NCBI GenBank assembly: GCA_050173015.1
Contig: JBFXLE010000001.1
Span: 128,001 to 192,000, forward strand
Reading direction: 5' to 3'
Length of the DNA stretch: 64,000 nt
Source: Calditrichaceae bacterium
GTDB lineage: Bacteria; Calditrichota; Calditrichia; Calditrichales; JBFXGD01
Position numbers and translations under genes: made by a program. The notes below the pieces were generated by a model that saw nothing but the letters and a program-made list of their open reading frames with translations, did not search any database and had not been told where the DNA came from. Shown here in pieces: positions 1 through 10,529 of the stretch; positions within the stretch are counted from its first letter, which is position 1, and the number at the start of each line of letters is the position of its first letter.

Positions 1-1320
1 ATTCTGGTACCAGTTCCGTTTGCTTCCCAGGCTTTTTCCCGTCACCGATTCAAAAATGCTGCTTTGCGAGTGGTTAAAAGAAAGGCTGGGAAGGGTATAA
101 TCCAGTCTTTCCGTCTGCAGGTTTTCCGTTTGGCTCATACTCAGGGTCATGCTGTTTTTAGTGCCTTTCCAGCTCTTTCTCACGGAAAGGTTTGAGCTGA
201 TATTCTGATTTAAACGGTCGTTGACGTTTGATGAGAGATCCTGTGAAAAACTTTTATCGCTCTGAAAACTTCCGGAACCTGATATGCTCAGAGTCGGATT
301 GATGGTCTGGCTATGATTAAACCGGATACGCCAACGCTCCTGGCGCTGGCCGCTGCTCGGGTCTTTCGGATAATACTCCGTGGAAAGATTTCCGTTAAGG
401 AAGTAACGCAGGGTATAGCGAAAATCTCCGCGAAATGTAAATCCGAGCCGGTCGTAATAATCGGTAAGAAAGGTGCCGTCAAAATAGTCGTTTGGCGCCC
501 AGTAATATCCTATTCCTCTTAAAAACCGGCCTCCTGCCTGGCTTTCACCGTAGGAAGGCACCACTAAGCCTGATTGCCGCCCGCCTTTATTGGGAAATAT
601 TCCAAAGGGCAAAGCCATTACAGGTACATCGGCAATATAAAAATAGATCGGCTTGGCGACGACCTTGTCTTTTGTTTTAACCCGCATCTTTGAACTTTTA
701 AAATAGAAATGAGGATGATCAATATTATCGCAGGTAGTAAAATATCCGGTTTGCACGAGAAGGGTTTTATTCGATATTTTATTAATCTGTGACCCCTTGT
801 AATAACCGGGATCCATCTTGGTTTTACCCTGGGTGATTTTGCCCCGTTTGGTGTCAAAATTATACTCGATAAAATTACCTTCCATCGGTTCGGTGCCTTT
901 TTCAGAAAAAACAGGGGTTCCCGAATAATATTCAAACCCGTCCGCGTCAACGGAATCGAGAATTCCGTTCGAATATAAAGTATTTATGTTACGATCGACT
1001 TTGATGAACGCGGCAGTTAGCGTCATATCCTGATATTCGATTTTCGCGTTTCCATGGAGATAGATCGTATTGTCATTGTAGCTCAGATCAATTTGATCTG
1101 CCCAATACCTGATCGGTCCTTCTAACTGCCCGTCTTTTGGTTTTGCCGATTTGACAGTATCCGCGGTGGCTTTTTGAAGCAGTGAATCAGCTTCGACAGA
1201 CACTTCCTGGGCATGCAGAATACTTGCCTTTACCGAAAAGATAATGGTAGTCAAAACTATTATCGGCGCAAGAAAATGAAGAATGTTGATTTTCTCTGAA
1301 TGATTCACTGGTCTCTTCAT
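1..1320 (-). CDS. lptD: LPS-assembly protein LptD-like (partial, runs off left edge)
   Basis: Not in the ORF track. Manual translation from ATG at 1320 gives MKRPVNHSEKINILHFLAPIIVLTTIIFSVKASILHAQ...IRYWADQIDL...LHGNAKIEYQDMTLTA...GYFTTCDNIDHPHFYF...PFGIFPNKGGRQSGLVVPSYGES...GYYWAPNDYFD. These are OstA/LptD-type motifs. Confidence 0.8.
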   Translation of the reverse strand, partial: MKRPVNHSEKINILHFLAPIIVLTTIIFSVKASILHAQEVSVEADSLLQKATADTVKSAKPKDGQLEGPIRYWADQIDLSYNDNTIYLHGNAKIEYQDMTLTAAFIKVDRNINTLYSNGILDSVDADGFEYYSGTPVFSEKGTEPMEGNFIEYNFDTKRGKITQGKTKMDPGYYKGSQINKISNKTLLVQTGYFTTCDNIDHPHFYFKSSKMRVKTKDKVVAKPIYFYIADVPVMALPFGIFPNKGGRQSGLVVPSYGESQAGGRFLRGIGYYWAPNDYFDGTFLTDYYDRLGFTFRGDFRYTLRYFLNGNLSTEYYPKDPSSGQRQERWRIRFNHSQTINPTLSISGSGSFQSDKSFSQDLSSNVNDRLNQNISSNLSVRKSWKGTKNSMTLSMSQTENLQTERLDYTLPSLSFNHSQSSIFESVTGKSLGSKRNWYQN

Positions 1321-1433
1321 ACATTATTTACAGTTTTCAAATTAATCATACGTCATTTTCCCGGGAAAGATCAGGGAATAATGATTCAGGCTAAATAAAT
1401 CGACCTAATATAAGGATTTTAGAAAAAAATGAG

Positions 1434-1475
1434 AAAAAAAATGCCTGATTCCTGGTAATAGGACAATCAGGCATT
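1434..1475 (-). terminator. intrinsic terminator downstream of rnr
   Basis: ATGCCTGATT...AATCAGGCAT inverted repeat followed by a T-tract on the minus strand. Confidence 0.7.
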
Positions 1476-1491
1476 GAAAAACATTGCCAAT

Positions 1492-3711
1492 TTATGAACG
1501 TTTGCGTCTCTTTCTGTTTCGGGGACGGCGTTCTTCATTGATTTTCTTGATCGGTTTTGGATTAGATTTTCGGTTTTTATTATCCTCATTTTCCAGGAAG
1601 GTGAATTCAATCTCTTTTTTCTCCAGGTCAACAGAGAGAACGCGAACAGTGACCTCATCTCCAAGGTTTATCCGGCGTCCGGTGTCTCTTCCCGTCATGG
1701 AATATGTTTTTTCATCATAAATATAAAAATCATCAACCATATTGGAGATTTGCACAAGACCTTCGATCAAAGTGTCTTCCAGTTCTACAAAGATACCGAA
1801 GGACATAACCCCTGATACAAAGGCTTTATATGTTTCACCCACGTAGCGGTTTATATATTCCGCCTGTTTCAGCTTTATCGATTCGCGTTCCGCTTCCATA
1901 GCCAAACGCTCCATTTTAGAAGATTGAGCGGCAATTTTTCTCAGTTTATTGCGAACGCCTTTCTCAGGAGGAACAGAGGATTTTTCATAATGCTTCAGCA
2001 GCCGGTGAACGGTTAAGTCCGGATAGCGCCTGATTGGAGACGTAAAATGGGTGTAGTCGTCAAATCCGAGTCCAAAATGGCCGATATTTTTGTCAGAATA
2101 TATGGCTTTCATCATCGATCGCAGGGCAACCTGCTCAATAATTATTTCCTCTTTCGTTCCTTTTATTGATTCAATAACCTGTTGGAAAAATTTTGAGGTG
2201 ATCTTTTTTACAGGTTTAACCGCGACACCCAGGGCATGCAGGAAGTCAAAGAATTTTGCCATTTTTTCTTCATCAGGTTTTTCATGAATTCGGTAGAGAA
2301 AAGGAAGGAGATCAGATTTCCGCGGACTAATGTTACGGATATGTCTGGCAACTACCTGATTGGCCATCAGCATAAACTCTTCCACCAAACGATGGCTATC
2401 AAGTCGCTTTTTGGGTATGATTTCAACAGGCTGTCCCTTCTCGTCGAGGACAAACCGGACTTCCGGCGTTTCAAAGTCGATTCCGCCTTTTTCAAATCTT
2501 TTCCGGGTGAGGGCTTTACTCAATTCCTGCATATTACGGACGTCATCGGCAAGAGCGTCTTCGGTCTCATTATCAATGATCGCCTGAACTTCTTCATAAG
2601 TGAACCGGCGTTTGCTATGAATAACGGATGGGGCAATATTATATTTAACCACATCAAGTTTGGAATCCATTTCCATAAAACATGAGTAAGCGAGTCGATC
2701 CACCCGCGGTTTCAGGCTGCAAAGATCGTTTGAAAGTCTTTCGGGAAGCATGGGGATCACTCTGTCAACAAGATATACACTCGTCGCCCGCTCCAAAGCC
2801 TCCTTATCTATGGAAGAGTTTTCTTCTACATAATGGCTGACATCTGCAATATGCACACCTAAAATCCAGTTTCCTTCAGGAGATTTTTCAATGGATACCG
2901 CGTCATCAAAGTCGCGCGCATCAACTGGGTCAATGGTAAAACATGTCAGGTCACGTAAGTCAAGTCTTCCCGTATATTCTTCGGGACGGATATCGGGAGA
3001 TATCTGTTTTACGGATTGCTCAATATCCTTAGTAAAATTTATTGCCAGGTTATAAGAGTATGCGACGGATATAACGTCCACACCGGGATCACCGGGATTT
3101 CCGAGTATTTCGGTAATGGTGCCTTCCGGATTATGCTGATCACTCTCCCAGCGATCAAAAGTGGCCAGGACTTTCTGTCCGTCCTGAGCATTCATTGCTT
3201 TTTCTTCCGGAATTAATATGTCGCGATTGATTTTGCGTTCATCCGGCGTCACAAAACTGTAGTATTCGGTTTTGTGATAGGTCCCGACAATCTTTTTTCT
3301 GAAGCGTTCAATAATGCGCGTGACATAACCTTCGAGTCTTTTACCTCTTGATGCAGCATAAAGTCGAACCTCTACCCGGTCACGATCAAACGCGGTATTC
3401 AGATTCTGCTGGGCGACGAATATATCAACGTCCTGACCTTCAACAGCTACAAACCCAAAGCCGCCCCTCGTCGTTCTGAGTTCACCGATGAGTTCCTGCG
3501 CCTGTTGCGGATAAGCATATTGTTTGTCCCTGACATGAATGATTCGTCCGTCCGAAACCAGCGCCTGAATACTGCTATCAAACATATAGTAATCTTTTTT
3601 GTGAATGCCGAGCGCCTGGCTGATGTGTTTTTTGGGAACGGGGACACCAGGAGATTCCTTTAGTAGTGCAACGATAGCTGATTGGATTTTTTTTGACACG
3701 TTTTTTTTCAT
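1492..3711 (-). CDS. rnr: ribonuclease R
   Basis: RNB motif TIDPVDARDFDDA, HFTSPIRRYPD, C-terminal S1 domain and basic tail. Confidence 0.95.
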   Translation of the reverse strand: MKKNVSKKIQSAIVALLKESPGVPVPKKHISQALGIHKKDYYMFDSSIQALVSDGRIIHVRDKQYAYPQQAQELIGELRTTRGGFGFVAVEGQDVDIFVAQQNLNTAFDRDRVEVRLYAASRGKRLEGYVTRIIERFRKKIVGTYHKTEYYSFVTPDERKINRDILIPEEKAMNAQDGQKVLATFDRWESDQHNPEGTITEILGNPGDPGVDVISVAYSYNLAINFTKDIEQSVKQISPDIRPEEYTGRLDLRDLTCFTIDPVDARDFDDAVSIEKSPEGNWILGVHIADVSHYVEENSSIDKEALERATSVYLVDRVIPMLPERLSNDLCSLKPRVDRLAYSCFMEMDSKLDVVKYNIAPSVIHSKRRFTYEEVQAIIDNETEDALADDVRNMQELSKALTRKRFEKGGIDFETPEVRFVLDEKGQPVEIIPKKRLDSHRLVEEFMLMANQVVARHIRNISPRKSDLLPFLYRIHEKPDEEKMAKFFDFLHALGVAVKPVKKITSKFFQQVIESIKGTKEEIIIEQVALRSMMKAIYSDKNIGHFGLGFDDYTHFTSPIRRYPDLTVHRLLKHYEKSSVPPEKGVRNKLRKIAAQSSKMERLAMEAERESIKLKQAEYINRYVGETYKAFVSGVMSFGIFVELEDTLIEGLVQISNMVDDFYIYDEKTYSMTGRDTGRRINLGDEVTVRVLSVDLEKKEIEFTFLENEDNKNRKSNPKPIKKINEERRPRNRKRRKRS

Positions 3712-4649
3712 CAGACAACCTTTATTTTTAGAACACGCGGTATCCGGTTTAGATCATTTATAATCTCGATCGTTTTAAAATTGTAGGATTTTGCAATTTG
3801 GATAACCTTTTCGGGTTGTGATCCCGTCATTTCAAAAAAAGCAAATTCGCATCGGGGAGTATTGTCATTCGCCAGGAGGGATATAATCCTTCTGTAGAAC
3901 GATAAGCCGTCATCCTGATCAGTAAGCGCAGTTAACGGTTCATGTTCCTTTACCTCATTTTCAAGCAAATTGATTTCATCTATAGAGATATATGGAGGAT
4001 TGGATACCAACACGGAAGCGCTTTCCGGAAAATGATCCGGCCAGGGTTTAAAGATATCGTGCTCCATAAATTGCATGGCGGACGCGGAATTGTCTCTGAG
4101 CGGTTTGTTGTTTGATTCCGAGATCAGATGAAGATCCGCTGAAATGTTATTGAGCGCGGCGTTTTCCCGGGCGACTTCCAATGCTTTAACTGAAATATCT
4201 GTCGCAAAAACACGGGTCTCGGGCCAAAGCAGTCTGATACTGACCGGTATGCACCCGCTACCGGTGCCGACATCTATTATCACAGGATTGCTGCCATGGT
4301 AATGCTCTTTTAGTTTCAGGATTTCCTCAACCATAATCTCGGTCTCAGGCCTTGGGATCAGCACATCGGGGCTGACTTTAAATGAAAATCCCATAAATCC
4401 CGTTTCACCAAGTATGTATTGCAGCGGCTCATGATTAAGACGACGTTTAATAAAAGCTCTGAAATCTTCAAGCTCGTCCGGCAGAATCGGCCGTTCAAAA
4501 TTCATATACAGTTGAACACGGTTAAAATGGAGGACTTTTCCCAACAATTCCTCGACATTCAGTCGGGCATTTTCTATTTTTTTTTCTTCCAAATATTTTG
4601 TGGTGGTATTTAGAAGATTCAATAAATTCCAGGTCTGTGTTTTGTTCAT
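3711..4649 (-). CDS. prmC: release factor glutamine methyltransferase
   Basis: EPLQYILG, VLIPRPETE, DVGTGSGCI and SNPPY motifs. Confidence 0.93.
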   Translation of the reverse strand: MNKTQTWNLLNLLNTTTKYLEEKKIENARLNVEELLGKVLHFNRVQLYMNFERPILPDELEDFRAFIKRRLNHEPLQYILGETGFMGFSFKVSPDVLIPRPETEIMVEEILKLKEHYHGSNPVIIDVGTGSGCIPVSIRLLWPETRVFATDISVKALEVARENAALNNISADLHLISESNNKPLRDNSASAMQFMEHDIFKPWPDHFPESASVLVSNPPYISIDEINLLENEVKEHEPLTALTDQDDGLSFYRRIISLLANDNTPRCEFAFFEMTGSQPEKVIQIAKSYNFKTIEIINDLNRIPRVLKIKVV

Positions 4650-4800
4650 AAGAAATTAAAATATATAATGATTTAATGATCTTTAAAGCAATTATTGTTT
4701 CAATTTTTAATATAGTGAAAATTGTCTGCTAAATATAGTTAAAAATAGGTAAAAAGCTTCCTGATCGGAATTTGCGCCCGGATTTTTCAAATAATTTCTT

Positions 4801-4829
4801 TTGCATTTAATTGAAATAATTATTAAAAT
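4801..4829 (+). promoter_or_regulatory. sigma70-type promoter of the heme operon
   Basis: TTGCAT (4801-4806), 17-nt spacer, TAAAAT (4824-4829). Confidence 0.6.
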
Positions 4830-4830
4830 C

Positions 4831-4844
4831 TGACTGGTCAGTCA
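4831..4844. promoter_or_regulatory. palindromic operator candidate (TetR-type)
   Basis: TGACTG-GT-CAGTCA perfect inverted repeat directly downstream of the -10 box. Confidence 0.55.
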
Positions 4845-4864
4845 TCTTATAATTGAGGAACCAG

Positions 4865-5689
4865 ATGCAGTTTCTAATCAGTTTTATGAACACGATTTTG
4901 CCATTGCTTTATTTCGCGACCACCTTTTTTTATGCCCGGTATTTCTGGCGCGAAGACAGTTCGGCAAAACGATATGTGACGCCGATGCTGCAAATAACCG
5001 TTCTAATCCATTTTATTGATGTTGTAACAAGGGGAATTTATTACAAGCATTTTCCGCTTGCGACAATTTTTGAAGCTTCCACTGTGCTGGCGCTCTCTGT
5101 CGCGGCCATTTACATGTATATTGAATCCCGCATAAAGGAAAAATCAACGGGATATTTTATTCTGGTGTTTGTGTTTTTTATGCAGGTGATCTCATCCGCG
5201 TTTATAGACTTCGTCCATGTGATTCCTGAAATACTTCACGACCGTTTGTTTATTTTTCATACAAGCGCCGCGATCCTCGGATATTCTGCTCTGGCCATAT
5301 CCGCCATTTACGGGTTGATGTATTTGCTGCTGACGCACGACATAAAAAGCAGCCGGTTTGGAGTGATTTACAGTCGTTTACCATCCCTTGAAATTCTTAA
5401 CGAAATGAATCTCAAGGCGGCGACCATCGGTTTCTTTTTTCTCACAATCGCCATTATACTCGGAGAAATTTGGACAAAAAAAATATATGGCACCTTGCTT
5501 CATTTTGATTATAAAATTTTAATTGCAATAATTACGTGGTTTATTTACGGGCTTGAAATCTTCGGCAAAAAGTTTTTCGGCTGGAGCGGAAGGCGGTTAG
5601 CGATTCTGTCACTCAGCGGATTTGCCATTATTATTTTTTCGATGATTGCCGTAAACACGTTTTTATCATCATTTCACAGATTCGATTGA
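4865..5689 (+). CDS. CcsA/HemX-like cytochrome c assembly family membrane protein
   Basis: Multiple TM segments, conserved His (FIFHTSAA), LPSLEIL and C-terminal FHRF; sits upstream of hemA. ATG 4865 follows GAGGA RBS (track start 4853). Confidence 0.75.
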   Translation: MQFLISFMNTILPLLYFATTFFYARYFWREDSSAKRYVTPMLQITVLIHFIDVVTRGIYYKHFPLATIFEASTVLALSVAAIYMYIESRIKEKSTGYFILVFVFFMQVISSAFIDFVHVIPEILHDRLFIFHTSAAILGYSALAISAIYGLMYLLLTHDIKSSRFGVIYSRLPSLEILNEMNLKAATIGFFFLTIAIILGEIWTKKIYGTLLHFDYKILIAIITWFIYGLEIFGKKFFGWSGRRLAILSLSGFAIIIFSMIAVNTFLSSFHRFD

Positions 5690-5696
5690 TTAATTT

Positions 5697-6980
5697 ATGG
5701 AAAAAAATATTTTTCAAATATATCTGCTGGGACTCAGTCACCGCGTAGCAACTGTTGATATTAGGGATCACGCGGCATACGCGGAGAATGACCTTCCCGC
5801 TGCCCTGGAAAAATTATTAAAATGTAACGGGGTAGAGGAAGGATACATCCTGTCAACCTGCAACAGAACGGAAATATATGTGTTGGCCAGGATTTCGCCG
5901 GATGTCCGTTCAACCCTGGAAAACTTTTTAAAAGATACCCGCAAATCATTTGATCCCGGTGATTTTAAGGTGATGTATTTTTATGAAGGCGATGCGGCGA
6001 TCGGGCACCTCTTTAAAGTCGCGGCGGGAATGGATTCAATGATTCTTGGTGAACCCCAGATCCTCGGACAGGTAAAGGATGCTTACAGGATTGCATCAGC
6101 GGCGGGTACAACAAAACTCATTCTAAATCGTCTGCTTAATTTAGCATTTACGGTTGGAAAGCGGGTGCGGACAGAGACTGCTCTGGCGATAGGAGCTGTG
6201 AGTGTGGCCTTTGCCGCTGTGGAGCTCGCGCAAAAGATTTTCAAAGATCTGAATAAACACAAAGTATTATTAATAGGCGCGGGAGAAACCGGTACACTGG
6301 CGGCACAACATCTGATTGAAAAAGGTGTGAAACAACTTTTCATTACCAACAGGACATATGAAAAGGCCGCAAAACTGGCGGACGACTTGACCGGAACAGC
6401 TGTTCCCTTTGATGATATGAATTCGGTTTTACCGGAAGTTGACGTAGTTATCGGGGCAACAAGCGCGCCGGAGTTCATTCTTTCAGAATCAGATATTCGC
6501 GAAATCCAGGGACGTCGGGGTTCCCGTCCGCTCTTCCTTATTGATATCGCGATACCGAGGGATTTTGATCCAAAAATCAATCGGCTTGAAAATGTGTTTT
6601 TAAACGATATGGACGGATTGCAACAAATTGTCGATAAAAATTTGTCTAAACGCAGGCAGGAAATCCCCGAAGCCATGATTATCATCGATCAGGAAATTTC
6701 CAATTTTACCGATTGGAAAAAATCCCTCCGGGTAACGCCGACAATTATAGCTCTGCGCGAAAAACTTGAAGAAATTCGCCGCCTGGAACTTGATAAACAT
6801 AAGCACCGCGTGAGTGATAAAGAATTAGAACAGATGGAACTGATTACCCGCGCGGTAATTAATAAAGTGCTGCATCTGCCTACGGTGCAACTCCGCGGAT
6901 ATAACAACGGACAATTGGAAGGCCTTCTGCGTATAGACGTGGTTAGGGAAATGTTTGGACTGGAGGAAGAACATGAGTAA
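5697..6980 (+). CDS. hemA: glutamyl-tRNA reductase
   Basis: STCNRTE, GMDSMILGEPQILGQVK, GAGETG, DIAIPRD. Confidence 0.97.
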   Translation: MEKNIFQIYLLGLSHRVATVDIRDHAAYAENDLPAALEKLLKCNGVEEGYILSTCNRTEIYVLARISPDVRSTLENFLKDTRKSFDPGDFKVMYFYEGDAAIGHLFKVAAGMDSMILGEPQILGQVKDAYRIASAAGTTKLILNRLLNLAFTVGKRVRTETALAIGAVSVAFAAVELAQKIFKDLNKHKVLLIGAGETGTLAAQHLIEKGVKQLFITNRTYEKAAKLADDLTGTAVPFDDMNSVLPEVDVVIGATSAPEFILSESDIREIQGRRGSRPLFLIDIAIPRDFDPKINRLENVFLNDMDGLQQIVDKNLSKRRQEIPEAMIIIDQEISNFTDWKKSLRVTPTIIALREKLEEIRRLELDKHKHRVSDKELEQMELITRAVINKVLHLPTVQLRGYNNGQLEGLLRIDVVREMFGLEEEHE

Positions 6981-7908
6981 GAAGGTACGGATCGGAACTC
7001 GAGATAGTGAACTGGCGCTCTGGCAGACGCATTGGGTGCGGAAAAAATTGAAGGAGCTGAATCCGGCGATAACTATTGAAATTATAGAGGTTAAAACCAT
7101 CGGTGATAAAATACTGGATACACCGCTATCTAAAATCGGGGACAAGGGACTTTTTACAAAGGAAATCGACCGGGCTCTGCTTGATAATGAAATAGATTTA
7201 GCGGTGCACAGCATGAAAGATGTGCCCACAACCATACCTGAAGAACTTACAATCGCGGCGATCACCGGACGATGGCATGCAAATGATATTCTGATTTCAA
7301 GGGATAATCTAACGATCGATACACTACCCGAGGGGGCGTCGATCGCGACAGGGAGTCTTCGAAGAAAAGCGCAATTGTTAAATTATCGTAAAGACTTCCG
7401 AATTATCGATCTTAGAGGCAATCTGAATACACGATTCAGAAAGTTTGACGAAGCGGATTGGGACGGTATGGTTCTTGCCCAGGCCGGTGTGGAGCGTTTA
7501 GGATGGCAGGACAGAATATCGGAACGCATTTCATTGAACATTCTTCTCCCGGCCGTCGGTCAGGGAAGTTTTGCGATTATTTGCCGCGAAAATGACCGAG
7601 ATACTAAGAATCTGCTAAAACCGCTGCATGATGATCATTCAGCAGCCGGGATACGCGCTGAAAGAGCCTTGCTGCATAAACTGGAGGGCGGATGTCAGGT
7701 ACCAATCGGGGCATACGGTGAGATTGTTCAGAATCGACTCCGCCTGAAGGCGTGTGTCTCAAGTCTTGACGGCCAGACGCTCATTGAAGATATGGCGGAA
7801 GGCGCGATCAATTTGCCGGAAGAATTAGGTATATCGGTTGCGGAAAAACTGATTTCCATGGGTGGAAAAGAGATATTGGACCGCATCATAATGGAAAACC
7901 GCGCATGA
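6973..7908 (+). CDS. hemC: hydroxymethylbilane synthase
   Basis: IGTRDSELALWQ, GDKGLFTKE, AVHSMKDVP, LEGGCQVPIG; ATG 6973 preferred (GGAGG RBS). Confidence 0.97.
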   Translation: MSKKVRIGTRDSELALWQTHWVRKKLKELNPAITIEIIEVKTIGDKILDTPLSKIGDKGLFTKEIDRALLDNEIDLAVHSMKDVPTTIPEELTIAAITGRWHANDILISRDNLTIDTLPEGASIATGSLRRKAQLLNYRKDFRIIDLRGNLNTRFRKFDEADWDGMVLAQAGVERLGWQDRISERISLNILLPAVGQGSFAIICRENDRDTKNLLKPLHDDHSAAGIRAERALLHKLEGGCQVPIGAYGEIVQNRLRLKACVSSLDGQTLIEDMAEGAINLPEELGISVAEKLISMGGKEILDRIIMENRA

Positions 7909-8564
7909 GAAAATCCAATCCACAACTTCATAATGAAAGGCGATGTCAGATCTTGAATATCGCCGAGGAAATGTTCGCCTCGCAGAAATTTCATGAAGTG
8001 CTGATGGATGAGGTGGCGAAAAGGGCAAATATTGCCAAAGGAACCATCTATAATTATTTCAGAAATAAAGAAGAACTTTTTTTATCAATCATAATCAGAA
8101 AGCTGGATAATCTCCTGCATCTGTTATGCGAACGGGTTGATCATAACACGGACGCGCTGACAACGCTTCGCAGGGTGGTCATTCATATGTACAGTTTTTT
8201 GGTAAAATATCCTGATTTTTTTAGAATCTGGTACAGAGAAAAAATCAAATTTTCAGCCGGAAGCGGTGATAAAATTGATCAAATGTATCATCAGATACGG
8301 GAATTAATGGTTCGTACTCTCGAAAGAGGCATTGATGAAGGGATCATTCTTCCGGATCAGAATCTGCTGTTTAAAACAGATCTGATTCTGGGGATCATTG
8401 ACGCGGCGGTAATCAGAGCTCAAAGCCTGGCGGTAGATGAACAGCGCGCTGAAAGAGTGTTGATGTTTGAGTTTATCCTGAATGCGATCGGTACATCGCA
8501 CGCGCTCAGTTTGCATGAAAATGGGGTCGATTTGCCGATAAAAGAGGCGGTGGTGAATGAGTAG
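7905..8564 (+). CDS. TetR/AcrR family transcriptional regulator
   Basis: N-terminal HTH EVAKRANIAKGTIYNYFRNKEELF; overlaps hemC stop and hemD start. Confidence 0.9.
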   Translation: MRKSNPQLHNERRCQILNIAEEMFASQKFHEVLMDEVAKRANIAKGTIYNYFRNKEELFLSIIIRKLDNLLHLLCERVDHNTDALTTLRRVVIHMYSFLVKYPDFFRIWYREKIKFSAGSGDKIDQMYHQIRELMVRTLERGIDEGIILPDQNLLFKTDLILGIIDAAVIRAQSLAVDEQRAERVLMFEFILNAIGTSHALSLHENGVDLPIKEAVVNE

Positions 8565-9360
8565 TTTAAGCGGGAAAAAAATATTAATCTGCCGCGGCAG
8601 GGAGCAATCCCTGGAACTGGAATCGGTGCTTCACGCCAAAGGAGCCGAACCTGTTTTCTTCGCGCCGTTCACCGTGGAAATAATCGATTCGGAGAAAGAA
8701 ATTGCCATCGAACGGGAATTAAAAAATATCACCCGTTATGACCTGATTCTTTTTGGCAGTCCGAACGGGGTGTCCTCTTTCCGCCACTACATGAACAGGT
8801 ATCTTATTTCTGACAAAGTGATGAGCAAAATTGAGGTAGGTATTGTCGGAAACAAAGCGGCTAAGAGATATAAGAAATTGTTCCCGAAAACAGATATTAG
8901 ATATAAAGCCTTAGCGATCAATGATCTCCTGGAAATAGTCAGCAAATCCGGGAACGACAGGAAATTAAACGTATTGAATCCGACCAGTGAACAGTCCCTA
9001 AAAAATATCGAGGTAGAACTCCCTGAAAATATAACTTTAATACGAATTCCCATCTATAAAACAGTGGCAAACACCGAAATAGATGAGAGCAGTATCGCTG
9101 AAATAAATAAATCAAAATTTGATATGGTTGTTTTCAGCAGTCCAAGTTCTTATGATTATTTTGTCGAACAGCTTGGTAAAACCTTCCTGATGTCCGGGAT
9201 TTCAATGGCGGCATTCGGTAAAACAACGGCCGGACACATTCAGAAAAACGGATTTAAAGCGGATGTTGTCCCGGTCAACGCGGAAACAGACAATTTAATT
9301 ATGGCGATGGAATCATTTTTTGACAGGATAAATACGGGTGTAACCACTGCCGGCGGGTAA
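8557..9360 (+). CDS. hemD: uroporphyrinogen-III synthase
   Basis: LSGKKILICRG, FGSPNGV, VFSSPSS, AFGKTTA; heme operon context. Confidence 0.85.
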   Translation: MSSLSGKKILICRGREQSLELESVLHAKGAEPVFFAPFTVEIIDSEKEIAIERELKNITRYDLILFGSPNGVSSFRHYMNRYLISDKVMSKIEVGIVGNKAAKRYKKLFPKTDIRYKALAINDLLEIVSKSGNDRKLNVLNPTSEQSLKNIEVELPENITLIRIPIYKTVANTEIDESSIAEINKSKFDMVVFSSPSSYDYFVEQLGKTFLMSGISMAAFGKTTAGHIQKNGFKADVVPVNAETDNLIMAMESFFDRINTGVTTAGG

Positions 9361-9427
9361 AATACGGCAAATAAATTATCAATAATAAGATATAAACATA
9401 AATTTCGAATGACGGGAGACAGGCATA

Positions 9428-10465
9428 GTGATGGATGAAAATACAAATCACCTCTTTATAAAGGCATGTTTTGGACAGCGGGTTGAACGCACACCGGTTT
9501 GGATGATGCGGCAGGCGGGCCGTTATTTGCCTGAATACCGGCAGATCCGACAAAAATATAATTTTACCGGTATGTATAAAACACCGGATGTGGCGACCGA
9601 AGTCACTCTTCAGCCGGTGGATATTCTCGGAGTCGACGCCGCCATTCTTTTCTCGGATATTCTGGTGGTTCCCGAAGCGATGGGCATGGAGCTGCATTTT
9701 ATAGAAGAGAAGGGGCCTCAGTTTACGGATCCTCTGCGGTCCGTAAAACAAATACGGCAATTACCGGCAATCCACGCGGAAAGTGAACTCGGATATGTTC
9801 TGCAGGCGATCAGAAATATCAGACAGGAATTGAACAATCGCGTTCCCCTGATCGGATTCAGCGGGGCTCCCTGGACGCTCGCCACTTATATGATCGAAGG
9901 AAGCGGATCCAGAAATTATAAATATATCAAAACACTGCGATTTGGAAATCCGGCCTTATTACATGAATTGCTGGAAAAAGTGACTGTCACGGTTATCGAC
10001 TATTGTAAAGCACAAATTGAAAACGGGGTTCAGGCGGTGCAGTTGTTTGACAGTTGGGCTGGAATGCTTGATGAAGAAGGATTTTACGAATTCGCGCTTC
10101 CCTACGTACAAAGAATCATCAAGGAGATACGTAAACCCGGAGTTCCTGTCATTTACTTTGCTAAAGGGGCAATGGCCTGGCTGGATAAACTAAGTCTTTC
10201 CGGCGCTGATGTCCTGGGACTTGACTGGACAATTGATCCGGTCAGGGCTGTAGAATTAATCAAAAATAAAACCGCTCTGCAGGGAAATCTTGATCCAACG
10301 GCTCTTTACGCGCCACCCGCGGAAATCCACGCGCATGTCAAAAAAATGCTTAAAGGATTTAATGGCGCGGCCGGCCATGTCGCCAATCTGGGACACGGAA
10401 TTTTGCCTGATATACCGGTGGATCACGCGAGGGCATTTATAGACGCGGTAAAAGAAGAAAGCTGA
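9428..10465 (+). CDS. hemE: uroporphyrinogen decarboxylase
   Basis: PVWMMRQAGRYLPEY, AAILFSDIL, NLGHGI. Confidence 0.97.
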   Translation: MMDENTNHLFIKACFGQRVERTPVWMMRQAGRYLPEYRQIRQKYNFTGMYKTPDVATEVTLQPVDILGVDAAILFSDILVVPEAMGMELHFIEEKGPQFTDPLRSVKQIRQLPAIHAESELGYVLQAIRNIRQELNNRVPLIGFSGAPWTLATYMIEGSGSRNYKYIKTLRFGNPALLHELLEKVTVTVIDYCKAQIENGVQAVQLFDSWAGMLDEEGFYEFALPYVQRIIKEIRKPGVPVIYFAKGAMAWLDKLSLSGADVLGLDWTIDPVRAVELIKNKTALQGNLDPTALYAPPAEIHAHVKKMLKGFNGAAGHVANLGHGILPDIPVDHARAFIDAVKEES

Positions 10466-10529
10466 AATTGCCGGGAATCATTAGTCAGGGACTGATAATC
10501 CGTTTATTTAAATAAAAGAGATTAATATC

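Noticed and set aside
288-950. Short track ORFs at the left edge
   Set aside because: They overlap the partial lptD-like gene, which the track missed because it has no stop in the window
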